In this document: positions 1 through 10,587 of the stretch, in pieces
Position numbering within the stretch: position 1 is the first letter of the stretch
Layout of the letters: every line of letters begins with the position of its first letter
NCBI GenBank assembly: GCA_017447805.1
Contig: JAFSMR010000032.1
Location: 84,803-148,802, forward strand
Direction of reading: 5' to 3'
Length of the DNA stretch: 64,000 bases
From: Kiritimatiellia bacterium
GTDB lineage: Bacteria; Verrucomicrobiota; Kiritimatiellia; RFP12; UBA1067
Made by a program: the position numbers and the translations under genes
Notes under the pieces: generated by a model
Databases searched by the model: none
What the model was told of the DNA's origin: nothing
What the model saw: only the letters and a program-made list of their open reading frames with translations

Positions 1-486
1 GAAATCCACGAGCTTGGCATTGCCGTTTGCATCCAAAAGCACGTTTTCCGGCTTCACATCGCCATGCACCAACCCTTGATCGGCCGCGCAACGAAGCGCC
101 TGCGCGACTTGCTCGCAAATTTTCATTACGCGCGGCACGTCGATTTTGTTGCCGTGGGTCTTCATCAGGCCATCAAGCGAACCTCCGGCGACGAGTTCCA
201 TCGCGATATACGGCATACCTTCCGAAAAGCCGTATGAATAGACCTGCGCGATATTAGGATGGATTAGGCGAGCAACGGCCTGCGCCTCTTTCTTGAATTT
301 TTCCACGAACTCGGCATCGCTACCGTATTCCTTGAGCATTACTTTAACCGCAACCGGCCTATCCAGCATCTTATCGCGTCCCATATAGACGCCGCCCATG
401 CCGCCTCGACCTAACTCGCGCTCAAGAAGAAAGTTGCCGTTTTCTCCAAAGACCCCTGGGGTCGAGATTAGTTGTTCTTCGCTCAT
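1..486 (-). CDS. Ser/Thr protein kinase, N-terminal catalytic part (3' end lies outside the window)
   Basis: My reverse-strand translation from ATG 486-484 reads MSEEQLISTPGVFGENGNFLLERELGRGGMGGVYMGRDKMLDRPVAVKVM...LVHGDVKPENVLLDANGNAKLVDF. It shows the glycine loop, the VAVK lysine, and HGDxKPEN and DF(G) Hanks-kinase motifs. It has an ATGA overlap with the lepB stop. Confidence 0.8.
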   Translation of the reverse strand, partial: MSEEQLISTPGVFGENGNFLLERELGRGGMGGVYMGRDKMLDRPVAVKVMLKEYGSDAEFVEKFKKEAQAVARLIHPNIAQVYSYGFSEGMPYIAMELVAGGSLDGLMKTHGNKIDVPRVMKICEQVAQALRCAADQGLVHGDVKPENVLLDANGNAKLVDF

Positions 487-1253
487 TGTATTTTCCTCCA
501 TCCTTTAAAAGGCCAAAAGACTATGCTTCCCGTGCCGCGCAGATTTTTGCCGGGCACAGCGCCCCAATAGCGGCTATCGAAGCTGTTGTCGAAATTATCT
601 CCGCAGGCGAAATATTCGTCTTCACCCATAGTGACGCGTTTTTCGATATCGTCTCGAACGCGGCCTTGGGCATCTTTCGGCAGATGCTCGAGCTCGTATG
701 TTTCGCCGGGCGTCGCCTTCATGCGCTTTATGTAATGGGTGCCTTGCATCAGCCCGTTGATGCCGGTCGTCGCGAAAATCATTACTTCGCCATCTCGCGG
801 CCGCCGAAAATTCCAAAGCCAGCGATTGACAAAAATGAAATCGCCTGAAATCACCTTGCCGCGCCAAATTGTTTCGCCCTTCTTTACCTGCTTCTTGTAA
901 AGCTGCCTGCAGGCATCAGCCGGCAACTGGAAACTCGCCGGGCTAGAGCCGACCGCTACATCGTAAAACCCGTCATTCCTATCTCTTAGACGAATCTGCC
1001 CAGAGACCGGCGCTTTGTATTCTACGAAAGATTCGCCGCTCCAAAGCCATTTCGCCCAGCTTAGCGGCCAGGCATCCCAAGCGCCCTTCTCGCCGCCTTC
1101 TTGGGTATGATAGCCCCATAAGGTAGGCTGCATAGACCCCGTGGGGATGTTGAAAGGCTCGTAGAAGTAGGCGCGGAAAGCCATCGCCACGCTTATAGCG
1201 ACGACGAGGGTATCCAGCCACTCCTTGGCGAAATCCTGCAGGGTCTTTTTCAT
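483..1253 (-). CDS. lepB: signal peptidase I
   Basis: 256-aa ORF with an N-terminal TM segment, the SMQPTL catalytic-Ser box and the GDNFDNSFDSRYWG box E motif. Confidence 0.9.
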   Translation of the reverse strand: MKKTLQDFAKEWLDTLVVAISVAMAFRAYFYEPFNIPTGSMQPTLWGYHTQEGGEKGAWDAWPLSWAKWLWSGESFVEYKAPVSGQIRLRDRNDGFYDVAVGSSPASFQLPADACRQLYKKQVKKGETIWRGKVISGDFIFVNRWLWNFRRPRDGEVMIFATTGINGLMQGTHYIKRMKATPGETYELEHLPKDAQGRVRDDIEKRVTMGEDEYFACGDNFDNSFDSRYWGAVPGKNLRGTGSIVFWPFKGWRKIQ

Positions 1254-2758
1254 CAGGTGCGATAGTTCGGCGCTTCTTTGGTTATTGTGATATCATGAGG
1301 ACGGGCTTCGCGAAGTCCAGCCGCGGTTACGCGATACAACTTGCCGTTTTGCTGGAGCTCTGCGATATTCCTTGCGCCGCAATAGCCCAAGGATGCCTTC
1401 AAGCCACCGCAGAATTGCGTCATGATGCCCTTTACTCTTCCGGAATACGGGACCATTCCTTCGATTCCCTGCGGCACGAGATTTTCTTCTTCTTCATTAT
1501 CCTGGAAGTATCTCGCTCTAGAGCCTTTGCCGTTCTTTAGCGCGGCCATAGACCCCATGCCGCGATAGACTACATACTGGCGGCCGTTAGAATAAATCTT
1601 TTCGCCCGGGCTTTCTTCGGTTCCCGCGAGGACGCTACCGAGCATTACGGAATCTGCGCCAGCCGCGATCGCCTTGGGGACATCGCCCGAAAGCTTGATT
1701 CCGCCATCGGCGATTACCGCGACATCCGAGCCGCGTAGCGCCTTCGCTGCGTTATATACCGCTGTGAGCTGCGGGATGCCCACGCCGCATACTACGCGCG
1801 TCGTGCAAATCGAACCCGGCCCAATGCCGACTTTAACCGCATGCGCGCCGCAATTCGCCAATGCCTTCGCAGCTTCGCCAGTTGCGATATTGCCGGCGAT
1901 TACATCGACCTTCGGGAAATGCTTGACGATATATTTCGTCATTTCCATAATTCCCTTGGAATGTCCATGCGCCGAATCGACAACTACTACATCTACGCCG
2001 GCATCTGCGAGTTTTTCCATTCTCGCAATATCGCCCTTCGAACCGGATACCGAGGCCGAGACCCTAAGGCGGTATTTATCGTCGCAGTTGAATACCGGGC
2101 TCTTGTTTTCGACAAGCCTCTGCACATCGGTGAAACTATATAGGCCCACGACGCGCCCTTCCTTGTCGACAAGCGGAAGTTTACCGACTTTCGCCGCGCG
2201 CATCAGCTCGTAGGCTTTCTTGAGGCTGGTCTTCGGCGCGGCTGTAATCGGCGCCTTTTGCATTACATCCCTGAGCGTCATTGCATCCATCGGCGCAAAG
2301 CGCATATCGGAAGATGTAATCATTCCGACGAGACGTTCGCTATCATCAAGCACCGGGAAGCCGTTGAATTTAAGCCCTAGACGAATCTTTTCGCTGCGCA
2401 AAAAGCTTATGTCGTCATTTTCGTGGAAGCAGACCGGTTTTTCGATCATCCCGTTGAGATGCTTCTTGACTTTTCTTACTTGCGCGGCTTGTTCATCCTC
2501 TTCGAGGTTTTTGTGGATTACCCCGATTCCTCCCGCCAGCGCCATCGCGATAGCCATGGGCGCTTCGGTTACAGTATCCATCGCGGCGGAAATGAAAGGA
2601 ATTTTCATTGTGATTCTGCTCGTCAATTTCGTCTCTAGCGAGGCTTCATCGGGCAGAAAATCTGCGTATTGCGTAACCAATGTTACATCATCATAGGTCA
2701 ACCCCTCATAGGGGAAAGCCGCCATAAAATCATCCAAATAAGCGTTCTTCTGCTTCAT
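1253..2758 (-). CDS. guaB: IMP dehydrogenase with CBS pair
   Basis: 501-aa ORF with [11 protein letters not shown] catalytic-Cys loop, a GGIKLSGD motif, and an internal CBS region ([15 protein letters not shown]). Confidence 0.95.
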   Translation of the reverse strand: MKQKNAYLDDFMAAFPYEGLTYDDVTLVTQYADFLPDEASLETKLTSRITMKIPFISAAMDTVTEAPMAIAMALAGGIGVIHKNLEEDEQAAQVRKVKKHLNGMIEKPVCFHENDDISFLRSEKIRLGLKFNGFPVLDDSERLVGMITSSDMRFAPMDAMTLRDVMQKAPITAAPKTSLKKAYELMRAAKVGKLPLVDKEGRVVGLYSFTDVQRLVENKSPVFNCDDKYRLRVSASVSGSKGDIARMEKLADAGVDVVVVDSAHGHSKGIMEMTKYIVKHFPKVDVIAGNIATGEAAKALANCGAHAVKVGIGPGSICTTRVVCGVGIPQLTAVYNAAKALRGSDVAVIADGGIKLSGDVPKAIAAGADSVMLGSVLAGTEESPGEKIYSNGRQYVVYRGMGSMAALKNGKGSRARYFQDNEEEENLVPQGIEGMVPYSGRVKGIMTQFCGGLKASLGYCGARNIAELQQNGKLYRVTAAGLREARPHDITITKEAPNYRT

Positions 2759-2794
2759 TTAACACAACCCTTCCTTATTTTCGCTTGTATTTTA

Positions 2795-3556
2795 TCAAAT
2801 TTCTTTCTCTAGGTCAATCGTCTTTATTACTGGTTGGGGTGGCCGATTGTACACCCGCGAACAGGGGGGCACGGAATCTTTAATCCACACATTGCCCCCG
2901 ATTTCAGAATCATGGCCAATCGTTGTTTCACCGCCGAGGATCGTCGCGTTGGCATATATTACTACATTATCCTCGATGTTGGGGTGGCGCTTTAGTCCCT
3001 TCACCAACGCGCCGCTGGAATCCTTCGTGAAGGATAGTCCCCCAAGCGTAACACCTTGATAAAGCCTTACATTATTGCCTATAATCGTCGTTTCGCCGAT
3101 TACTACGCCTGTGCCGTGGTCGATAAAGAATCTCTCGCCGATCGTTGCGCCGGGGTGGATATCGATACCCGTCTTGGAGTGCGCAAGCTCGCTCATTACG
3201 CGCGGAATAACCGGGACGCCAAGTTTATACAGCTCGTGGGCAAGGCGATGGATTGTTACTGCATATACGCCAGGATAGGCCATGACGATTTCCATTCTGC
3301 TGGTCGCCGCAGGGTCGCCATCGTAAGCCGCGCTTACATCGGTTTCCACGAGCCGCCTTACTTCGCCTAGCCGCGCTATGAATTTCGCGACTATCGCTTT
3401 AGGGTCCTCATCCGGCATCAGAAGCTTGATTTCGCGCTCTAAATCCGCCGCGATATCGGCGAGCGCGCCTTTGGAATTCAGCTCGCCATACACGCAAGGA
3501 TAAAGCGCCGATAATCCGTGCCTTATGATATGCGCGACTCTTTGGGGCAAGGTCAT
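2795..3556 (-). CDS. cysE: serine O-acetyltransferase
   Basis: Hexapeptide-repeat C-terminus, with GDPAA and [26 protein letters not shown] motifs. I chose the start at MTLPQRV (ATG 3556) because it forms an ATGA overlap with the upstream stop. The longer ORF-track start runs into the neighbouring gene. Confidence 0.85.
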   Translation of the reverse strand: MTLPQRVAHIIRHGLSALYPCVYGELNSKGALADIAADLEREIKLLMPDEDPKAIVAKFIARLGEVRRLVETDVSAAYDGDPAATSRMEIVMAYPGVYAVTIHRLAHELYKLGVPVIPRVMSELAHSKTGIDIHPGATIGERFFIDHGTGVVIGETTIIGNNVRLYQGVTLGGLSFTKDSSGALVKGLKRHPNIEDNVVIYANATILGGETTIGHDSEIGGNVWIKDSVPPCSRVYNRPPQPVIKTIDLEKEI

Positions 3557-5331
3557 GATTCTTGCTTCCTCCTGATTCGCGCGATAATGCGAGATGCGCC
3601 AAGATTCTTGAAGCCCAACAAGAGCAATAATTTGCCGAATATGTGGCGAGATTCCGCTTTGACTTCGAGTATTTCGATTTTCTCCGCCTTGCAAAGCTCG
3701 CCGAAATCTTTCAGCGTTACGCAATGGATATTCGGCGTATCATACCATTTGAACGGCAATGCCTTGGATACCGGCAGGCGTCCTTTGAACATGAGAGTAA
3801 GACGAATTCTGTAGGCCGCGAAATTCGGGAATGTGACAATTGCTTCTTCTGCAATTCGAAGAGCTTCATGCAAAAGCCCGCGTGGATTTTTCACTTCCTG
3901 GAGAGTATCCGAGCATATCGCAACATCATAATGTTTATCGGGAATAAGCGATAGACCTTCATCCGCATCTTCCCAGAAGCAATCGTGACCATCCGCCACG
4001 GCTTCTGTAAAGCGATCGATATCTATATCTACGCCATCGCCCTTCGCGTTTTTCTGCTCTCTCAGAACATTCAACAACGAGCCGTCTCCACACCCGATAT
4101 CCATGACCCTGGAGTTTTTCTTGACCATGCCGGTTATGTTTCTGTAGAGACGCTTCTGCCAGCGCATTACCTTGGGCTTTCTTTCGTTCAAGAAACCGCT
4201 CAACAAACCCGAGAGATCGCTGATATCGGTAAGGAACGAATCGTGACCCGTTCCGGCTTCAAGGTGGCAATATGTAACGCGCTTGTTGTTCCTAAGTAGC
4301 GCATCTACTATATCTTTAGATTGCCATTCCGCAAAAAGGATATCCCTTTCGTACGAAACGACCAGACACTTCGCCTTGACCCTTTCGCAAGCGGCGTCCA
4401 GCGAGCCGTATCTTGCGCCCGCATCGAACAAATCCATCGAACGAGTTATGTGCAAATAGGAATTCGCGTCAAAGCGTTGCAAGAATTTCTTGCCGTGGTG
4501 GTCAAGGTAGCTTTCTATTTGGAAATACGTCTTGAAGGAAGAATCTCTCTTCGCTCTTTCTTCCGCGCTCGCCTCTACGAAATTCTGTTGCAACTTGCGA
4601 TGGAATTTTTCTTCCAATAGTTCGCGTGATAAATATGTAATATGCGCAAGCTGCCTCGCGCTCATGAGGCCGTGCTTTGGACCAAGCCCATCGCCAATTT
4701 CATAATAGTCGCCGCCATTCCAATCGGGGTCTTCCGTTATACCGGCGCGAGCGACTACATCAAACGCCAACGCCTGAGTATTGAGGCTTGCGCTAGTTGC
4801 GATCAAGGCGGCCATATCCATTTCGTCCGGACAGCGCGTAACCCAGTCCATTACCTGGATTCCGCCATAACTTCCGCCGATTACCGCCGCGAGATGTTTA
4901 ACGCCGATTTGCTTAAGTAGCATGCGATAGACATCGACCGCATCGCTCATCGTATATTGCGGGAAGCTGGAACCGTAAGGGTGGCCGGTATCCGGGTTGA
5001 TAGACATTGGCCCGGTCGTTCCGCTGCAGCCGCCGAGGACATTCGCACAAACGATATGCCATTTATTCGTATCAATGCCGCGGCCGGGACCGACCATGCC
5101 TTCCCACCAGCCGCTTGGCTTTGTCTCGCCCGGGCGTATTCCCGCGACATGCGCATCACCCGTCAATGCGTGGCAAATGAAAATTACATTATCATCTCTT
5201 CTCGGCGCGCCGCACTCTTCATATACGATCTCGACCTTTTTCAACACGCCGCCCGTCTCGAGTCTCAAGCCGCCTTCCGGCAGCTTGAGGTCGATTTTCT
5301 TTTGCTCTACTATTCCAACACCCTCTGGCAT
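3553..5331 (-). CDS. metX: homoserine O-acetyltransferase (MetX) fused to a MetW-like domain
   Basis: The N-terminal ~370 aa is an alpha/beta hydrolase with a GGSYGG nucleophile elbow typical of MetX. The C-terminal ~200 aa has [12 protein letters not shown]-like ([11 protein letters not shown]) and WYDTPNIH motifs typical of MetW. It is one uninterrupted 592-aa ORF. Confidence 0.85.
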   Translation of the reverse strand: MPEGVGIVEQKKIDLKLPEGGLRLETGGVLKKVEIVYEECGAPRRDDNVIFICHALTGDAHVAGIRPGETKPSGWWEGMVGPGRGIDTNKWHIVCANVLGGCSGTTGPMSINPDTGHPYGSSFPQYTMSDAVDVYRMLLKQIGVKHLAAVIGGSYGGIQVMDWVTRCPDEMDMAALIATSASLNTQALAFDVVARAGITEDPDWNGGDYYEIGDGLGPKHGLMSARQLAHITYLSRELLEEKFHRKLQQNFVEASAEERAKRDSSFKTYFQIESYLDHHGKKFLQRFDANSYLHITRSMDLFDAGARYGSLDAACERVKAKCLVVSYERDILFAEWQSKDIVDALLRNNKRVTYCHLEAGTGHDSFLTDISDLSGLLSGFLNERKPKVMRWQKRLYRNITGMVKKNSRVMDIGCGDGSLLNVLREQKNAKGDGVDIDIDRFTEAVADGHDCFWEDADEGLSLIPDKHYDVAICSDTLQEVKNPRGLLHEALRIAEEAIVTFPNFAAYRIRLTLMFKGRLPVSKALPFKWYDTPNIHCVTLKDFGELCKAEKIEILEVKAESRHIFGKLLLLLGFKNLGASRIIARIRRKQES

Positions 5332-5355
5332 CGCGTTTCCTTTTTTCGTTTCGGA

Positions 5356-7068
5356 TCAGAGCTCCGCTTTAAGCTTCTCCACCAAGCCTTCGACATTCAT
5401 GGTTCCGAGGTCGCCTTCGACGCGAGAACGCACGCTAATCGTCCCGGCCGCTTCATCGCGCGGGCCTACCACGATTTGATAAGGAACTTTCCCCACCGTC
5501 GCTGCACGAATCTTCGCGCCGAGCTTTTCTGCCGATGCATCGACTTCTACCCTGAAGCCCGCCTCGCGAAGAGAATTCTGGACGCGTCCGGCATAATCAA
5601 GCGCCTTATCGCTTACCGGCAAAATCCTGATTTGCTCTGGCGCAAGCCAAAGCGGGAACGCGCCGGCATAATGCTCGATAAGAATACCGATGAATCTTTC
5701 GAGCGAGCCGAGCACCGCGCGATGCAGCATTACGGGATGATGCTTCTGGCCATCAGGTCCGATATATTCCGCGTTCAACCTTTCGGCGCTCGGCAGCTGG
5801 TAGTCTAGCTGTATAGTGCCGCACTGCCACTCGCGCTCCAATGCATCGAGAATCTTGAACTCCAGCTTCGGACCATAGAAAGCGCCTTCTCCTTCCTGAA
5901 TGCCATACTCCATTCCGTTCGCTTCCAACGCTTTCGCGAGCGCGTCCTCGGCCTTGCGCCATGTAGCTTCGTCGCCTACATGATCTTCCGGCATGGTAGA
6001 AAGACGAACCTTCATGTTTTTGTCGAATCCGAAATCTTTATAGACGCCCTTTAGCAGACGGCAGAATTTCGCGACTTCCGGCTCGATCTGCTCTTCGGTG
6101 CAGATGATGTGGGCGTCGTCCTGCACGAATCCGCGAACGCGCATTATCCCGTGCAACGTTCCGCTGGGCTCGTTGCGCGCGCAATGGCCGAATTCCGCTA
6201 GTCTCAAAGGCAGGTCTTTGTAGGAGCGCATCCGGCTCTTGAATATTTCGAGCGCGCCCGGGCAGTTCATCGGCTTTACGGCGAATATGCGTTTTTCCGA
6301 TTCTGTTATGAACATGTTAGCCTTGTAATGATCCCAGTGGCCGCTCCTCTCCCAAAGGCTGCGCGGCATGAGCGCGGGGGTATTTACCTCTTGATAGCCG
6401 TCTTCGATTAACTTCTGGCGCATGTAGTCCTGAAGAGTCACATATATGCTCCAGCCCTTCGGATGCCAGAATACCTGACCTGGATCTTCCGGATCGAGAT
6501 GGAACAAATCGAGCTCTACGCCGAGTCGGCGGTGATCGCGCCTCTTCGCTTCTTCTTCGCGCGCTATTATTGCGTCGAGTTCGGCCTGATCTTTCGCGAT
6601 AATGCCGTACACTCTCTGGAGCATCTTGTTCTTTTCGTCGCCGCGATAATAGCTGCCGGCGACTCTCGTAAGTTTTACTACGCCAATCTGCTTGGAGTGC
6701 TCGACATGCGGACCGCGGCACATTTCCACATAATCGCCTACGGTGTAGGTGGAAATATCTTCGCCTTCAGGAATATCTGCGAGGCGCTCGAGTTTGTATT
6801 TCTGGCCCTCGAGCATCTTCGCGCACTCGTCGCGAGATACGACCTTCTTCACGAACGGCTCGTCGAGCGCAATCAAGCGCGCGACCTCGGCTTCGATTTT
6901 CGGAAAGTCTTCGGGGCTTATGCGATGCGGTAAATCCACATCGTAGTAGAATCCATCGTCAGTCTTCGGCCCGATATCGATTTGCACATCTTCGAAAATA
7001 TTCAAAATTGCGCGCGCAACGAGATGCGCCGCCGAGTGCCGCCTCATATCCAAAGTAATTTCGCTCAT
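5356..7068 (-). CDS. thrS: threonyl-tRNA synthetase (no N-terminal TGS domain)
   Basis: 570-aa ORF that starts directly in the SAD/editing region (RHSAAHL...GFYYDVDL). It also has a class II core and a C-terminal anticodon-binding domain. Confidence 0.93.
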   Translation of the reverse strand: MSEITLDMRRHSAAHLVARAILNIFEDVQIDIGPKTDDGFYYDVDLPHRISPEDFPKIEAEVARLIALDEPFVKKVVSRDECAKMLEGQKYKLERLADIPEGEDISTYTVGDYVEMCRGPHVEHSKQIGVVKLTRVAGSYYRGDEKNKMLQRVYGIIAKDQAELDAIIAREEEAKRRDHRRLGVELDLFHLDPEDPGQVFWHPKGWSIYVTLQDYMRQKLIEDGYQEVNTPALMPRSLWERSGHWDHYKANMFITESEKRIFAVKPMNCPGALEIFKSRMRSYKDLPLRLAEFGHCARNEPSGTLHGIMRVRGFVQDDAHIICTEEQIEPEVAKFCRLLKGVYKDFGFDKNMKVRLSTMPEDHVGDEATWRKAEDALAKALEANGMEYGIQEGEGAFYGPKLEFKILDALEREWQCGTIQLDYQLPSAERLNAEYIGPDGQKHHPVMLHRAVLGSLERFIGILIEHYAGAFPLWLAPEQIRILPVSDKALDYAGRVQNSLREAGFRVEVDASAEKLGAKIRAATVGKVPYQIVVGPRDEAAGTISVRSRVEGDLGTMNVEGLVEKLKAEL

Positions 7069-7116
7069 TATACTTAACTCCGATTCCTTTAAAATTTTTG
7101 TTTCGTCATTTCCAAA

Positions 7117-9768
7117 TCACGCGAAGAGTTTCGCGAGTTTCTCAAGCTGCGCTACCTTTTCCTTGTTTTCCTCGAGTTTGCGCTTTGCCTCGGCGACAAT
7201 CGCCTCGGGCGCGTGGGCGACGAAGTTTTCGTTGGAGAGCTTCGCTTCGCTCGCTTTGATGAAACCTGCGAGCTTCGCGAGTTCGCCAGCGATACGCTTC
7301 GATTCGGCCGCTTTGTCGACAAGTCCTTCCAAAGAAAGATACACCGTCGCAAAAGATGTAATCTTCGATGGCATTGCGAAATCTTGGCCGGCAGGCGCGA
7401 ACTCTATCGATTCCGCCCTCATCGCCTTCTTCAAGCTTTCTTCTTCCGCGCGGATTCTTCCATCGTCGGAAGCAAGCGTAACTTTCACGAAGGTCGATGG
7501 CGGAACTTTGTATTCCGCCCTAAGCGCTCTTAGTGCAGTTATCGCTTCGCGCTTAGAATTCACGAAATCGTAAGTCGCTTCATCCAAGCCCCACGCGGCC
7601 TTTTCTTCTTCGCTGTAGCCTAGAGGGAAAGATGAAAGCATAATCGTTTCGCCTTCTTTCAGGAAGCCTAGCTGGTGAGCGACTTCCTCGGTAACGAAAG
7701 GCATATAGGGGTGCAAGAGGCAGAGCGCCTTCTTGAATACATCGACGAGTATCGCGACGGCCCTCGCTTTATCCGGCGCATCCTTTACGTATTCTACATA
7801 CCAATCGCAAATCTGGCTCCAGAAGAAATCATATACCGCGAGCGCGCTATCTTGAATTCTATATTGCTCGAGGAGCGAATTGATTTTCTTGCAGGCTTTA
7901 TCGGTTGCAAGAAGAATATGTTTTTCGTCGGATGTCAAAGGCCCGGTAATCGCCGGCGCCGCATCGGCGATCTTGCTCTCGAGGAATCTCGCCGCATTCC
8001 AAATCTTCGTCGCGAAATTGCGACCGATTTCGAATTTTTCCTTGTTTACTTTTGTATCGCAATCGAGCGATGTGATAAGCGCAATCGAAAAACGAAGAGC
8101 ATCGGCGGAATACTGCTCGATTAGCTCAAGCGGATCTAGCGAATTGCCGAGCGACTTCGACATCTTGCGCCCTTGCGCATCTCTGACGATTCCGTGAATC
8201 ACGATATTCTTGAACGGCGGCTTGCCCATGAAATGGATGCCCGCCATCATCATCCTCGCGACCCAGAAGAAAATGATATCTTGCGCAGTTACGAGGTCTG
8301 CAGTCGGATAGTAGTAAGCCAAATCTGCGGTCTTTTCGGGCCAACCGAGAGTAGAGAACGGCCAAAGCCAAGACGAAAACCATGTATCGAGGACATCCTC
8401 GTCTTGCTTGAGATCTTCGGCGGTGATATTTGGGTCGATTGCTTTCGCTTTTTCTAGCGCCGCCTCGGCAGTTTCCGCAACTACGATATTTTCGCCGAAA
8501 TAATACGCCGGAATTCTATGGCCCCACCAAAGCTGACGCGAGATGCACCAATCCTGGATATTTTCCATCCAATTGAAATATATCTTCGACCAGCGCTCCG
8601 GCACAAATCTCACACTGCCGTTTTTCACGGCTTCGATTGCGGGCTCGGCAAGCGGCTTCATCTTTACGAACCACTGCTTGGAGAGACGCGATTCTACCGT
8701 TTCGTGGCAACGATAACAATGCCCGACTTGGTTTTCGTAATCTTCGATATGGTCGAGGAATCCGCCTTCTTCGAGATCTGCCACCAAGACTTCGCGGCAC
8801 TTGAAGCGATCCATTCCTTCATATTTGGCGCCGGCAAGATTATTCATCGTGCCGTCGTCGTTCATTATATTGATTTCCTCTAGATTATGGCGCTTGCCTA
8901 CGAGGAAGTCGTTCGGGTCGTGCGCCGGCGTAATCTTTACGATACCGGTTCCGAATTCTTTTTCTACATAATCGTCGGCGATTACGGGAATCTCGCGACC
9001 GGTCAAAGGCAGGATAACCGTCTTGCCGATTAGGTGCGCGTAGCGCTCGTCTTTAGGATTGACCGCGACAGCCGTATCGCCGGGAAGTGTTTCGGGGCGG
9101 GTAGTCGCGACCATTACATAATCTTTGTAAGGCTCGCCGGCGCAACCTTTTTCGCTGCCTACTACCGGGTAGCGAACATACCAAAGATGCGAATGGCTTG
9201 CTTCATGCTCTACTTCATCGTTCGCGAGCGCCGTGCCGCAACGCGGACACCAATTTACGATATAGTTGCCTTTATAAACAAGCCCTTCATCGTAGAGTTG
9301 CGTGAAGACTTTCGCGACGGCGCGCGAGCAACCTTCATCGAAAGTAAAGCGCTCTCTTTGCCAGTCGGTGGAATTGCCGAGCATCCTTTGCTGGTGCACA
9401 ATCGTTCCGCCATATTGCTTCTTCCATTCCCAGACTCTATCGACAAAAGCTTCTCTGCCCAAATCTTGACGGCGCTTGCCTTCTTTTCTCAGCGCTTTCT
9501 CGACTACATTCTGCGTAGCGATACCCGCGTGATCGGTTCCCGGCAGCCACAAGGTGTTCTTGCCCTGCATTCTGCGCCATCTAACGAGAATATCTTGAAT
9601 AGTTTGGTTTAACGCGTGGCCCATGTGAAGAATACCTGTCACGTTTGGCGGCGGAATAACTACCGAATATGGCTCGCCAACCCCTGGTTCTTGGTGAAAA
9701 TAGCCATTCTTTTCCCAGATTGGATACCACTTTGCTTCTGCTTGCTTTGAATCGTAATGCTTTTCCAT
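7117..9768 (-). CDS. valS: valyl-tRNA synthetase
   Basis: 883-aa ORF with PPPNVTGILHMGHAL (HIGH) and KMSKSLGN (KMSKS) motifs and a C-terminal coiled coil. Confidence 0.97.
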   Translation of the reverse strand: MEKHYDSKQAEAKWYPIWEKNGYFHQEPGVGEPYSVVIPPPNVTGILHMGHALNQTIQDILVRWRRMQGKNTLWLPGTDHAGIATQNVVEKALRKEGKRRQDLGREAFVDRVWEWKKQYGGTIVHQQRMLGNSTDWQRERFTFDEGCSRAVAKVFTQLYDEGLVYKGNYIVNWCPRCGTALANDEVEHEASHSHLWYVRYPVVGSEKGCAGEPYKDYVMVATTRPETLPGDTAVAVNPKDERYAHLIGKTVILPLTGREIPVIADDYVEKEFGTGIVKITPAHDPNDFLVGKRHNLEEINIMNDDGTMNNLAGAKYEGMDRFKCREVLVADLEEGGFLDHIEDYENQVGHCYRCHETVESRLSKQWFVKMKPLAEPAIEAVKNGSVRFVPERWSKIYFNWMENIQDWCISRQLWWGHRIPAYYFGENIVVAETAEAALEKAKAIDPNITAEDLKQDEDVLDTWFSSWLWPFSTLGWPEKTADLAYYYPTADLVTAQDIIFFWVARMMMAGIHFMGKPPFKNIVIHGIVRDAQGRKMSKSLGNSLDPLELIEQYSADALRFSIALITSLDCDTKVNKEKFEIGRNFATKIWNAARFLESKIADAAPAITGPLTSDEKHILLATDKACKKINSLLEQYRIQDSALAVYDFFWSQICDWYVEYVKDAPDKARAVAILVDVFKKALCLLHPYMPFVTEEVAHQLGFLKEGETIMLSSFPLGYSEEEKAAWGLDEATYDFVNSKREAITALRALRAEYKVPPSTFVKVTLASDDGRIRAEEESLKKAMRAESIEFAPAGQDFAMPSKITSFATVYLSLEGLVDKAAESKRIAGELAKLAGFIKASEAKLSNENFVAHAPEAIVAEAKRKLEENKEKVAQLEKLAKLFA

Positions 9769-9795
9769 TTTTATACTTATCCCGAAAAAATTTCC

Positions 9796-10587
9796 TTAAT
9801 TTGTCTTTGGCCGCGGCGGAAGTCTGCCGTTTTCGAATAAATCCCTTACTATCATTCTGACTTCCGTATCGAAGTCGCCTTTGATAATCCACCTTAAATA
9901 ATTCGGCTCGTCGAGAAGAAGTTTTCTCAATACCGCGCCTTTCTTTCTGCCGAAATTCAGCGTAAGCTCGCCGTTTTTCCATCTCAGCATACCATAGCGG
10001 TCTGCGTTCAACGGGTCGTGCGGCACCAAATATTCGTCCATTTCGGCGACGCTCTTCGGTAGATCGCCGTATTTTTTGAGCTGCGCCTTGAGGACTTCAA
10101 GGGTTGCGCGAGTATCTGCCGCGGCGCCGTGCGCGCCTTCGTGGTCGCGCCCGAGATAAAATCTGACCGCCGCCGTCAAATCGCGCGGCTCCTTGCGGTG
10201 ATATATCTTTTGGACGTCTACATGCTTTCTCGAGGTGGAACCGAAATTGAACCCTGCGCGCGCAAATTCTTCTTCCAGTAACGGTATATCGAATTTATCC
10301 GCATTGAAGCCCGATACATCGCACCCTTTGAAAAATTCGAATATTTCCTCGGCTTTATCTTTAAAGGTCGGGCAATCTTTCACTAGTTCATCGGTAATAC
10401 CATGAATTTGCGAAACTTCCTTCGGAATCGGAATTACCGGATTCAAGAGCCAAGTCTTTTCGATTTCTTCGCCCGTCGGCATAACCTTGATCGCACATAA
10501 TTCCACAATGCGGTCTTGCCGTGGCGAAAGCCCAGTCGATTCTATATCGAATACGATTAGAGGATTATCTAATTTCAAATCGAGCAT
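9796..10587 (-). CDS. DEDDh 3'-5' exonuclease (DnaQ/epsilon-like) with a C-terminal extension
   Basis: Has IVFDIESTG (ExoI), a HGITDE region and HGAAADTRAT (ExoIII, H-x4-D). The extra ~80-aa C-terminal domain is of unknown function. Confidence 0.75.
   Translation of the reverse strand: MLDLKLDNPLIVFDIESTGLSPRQDRIVELCAIKVMPTGEEIEKTWLLNPVIPIPKEVSQIHGITDELVKDCPTFKDKAEEIFEFFKGCDVSGFNADKFDIPLLEEEFARAGFNFGSTSRKHVDVQKIYHRKEPRDLTAAVRFYLGRDHEGAHGAAADTRATLEVLKAQLKKYGDLPKSVAEMDEYLVPHDPLNADRYGMLRWKNGELTLNFGRKKGAVLRKLLLDEPNYLRWIIKGDFDTEVRMIVRDLFENGRLPPRPKTN

Noticed and set aside
4957-5808. 283-aa plus-strand ORF
   Set aside because: It is antisense across the metX/thrS junction, and both sense genes are well supported.
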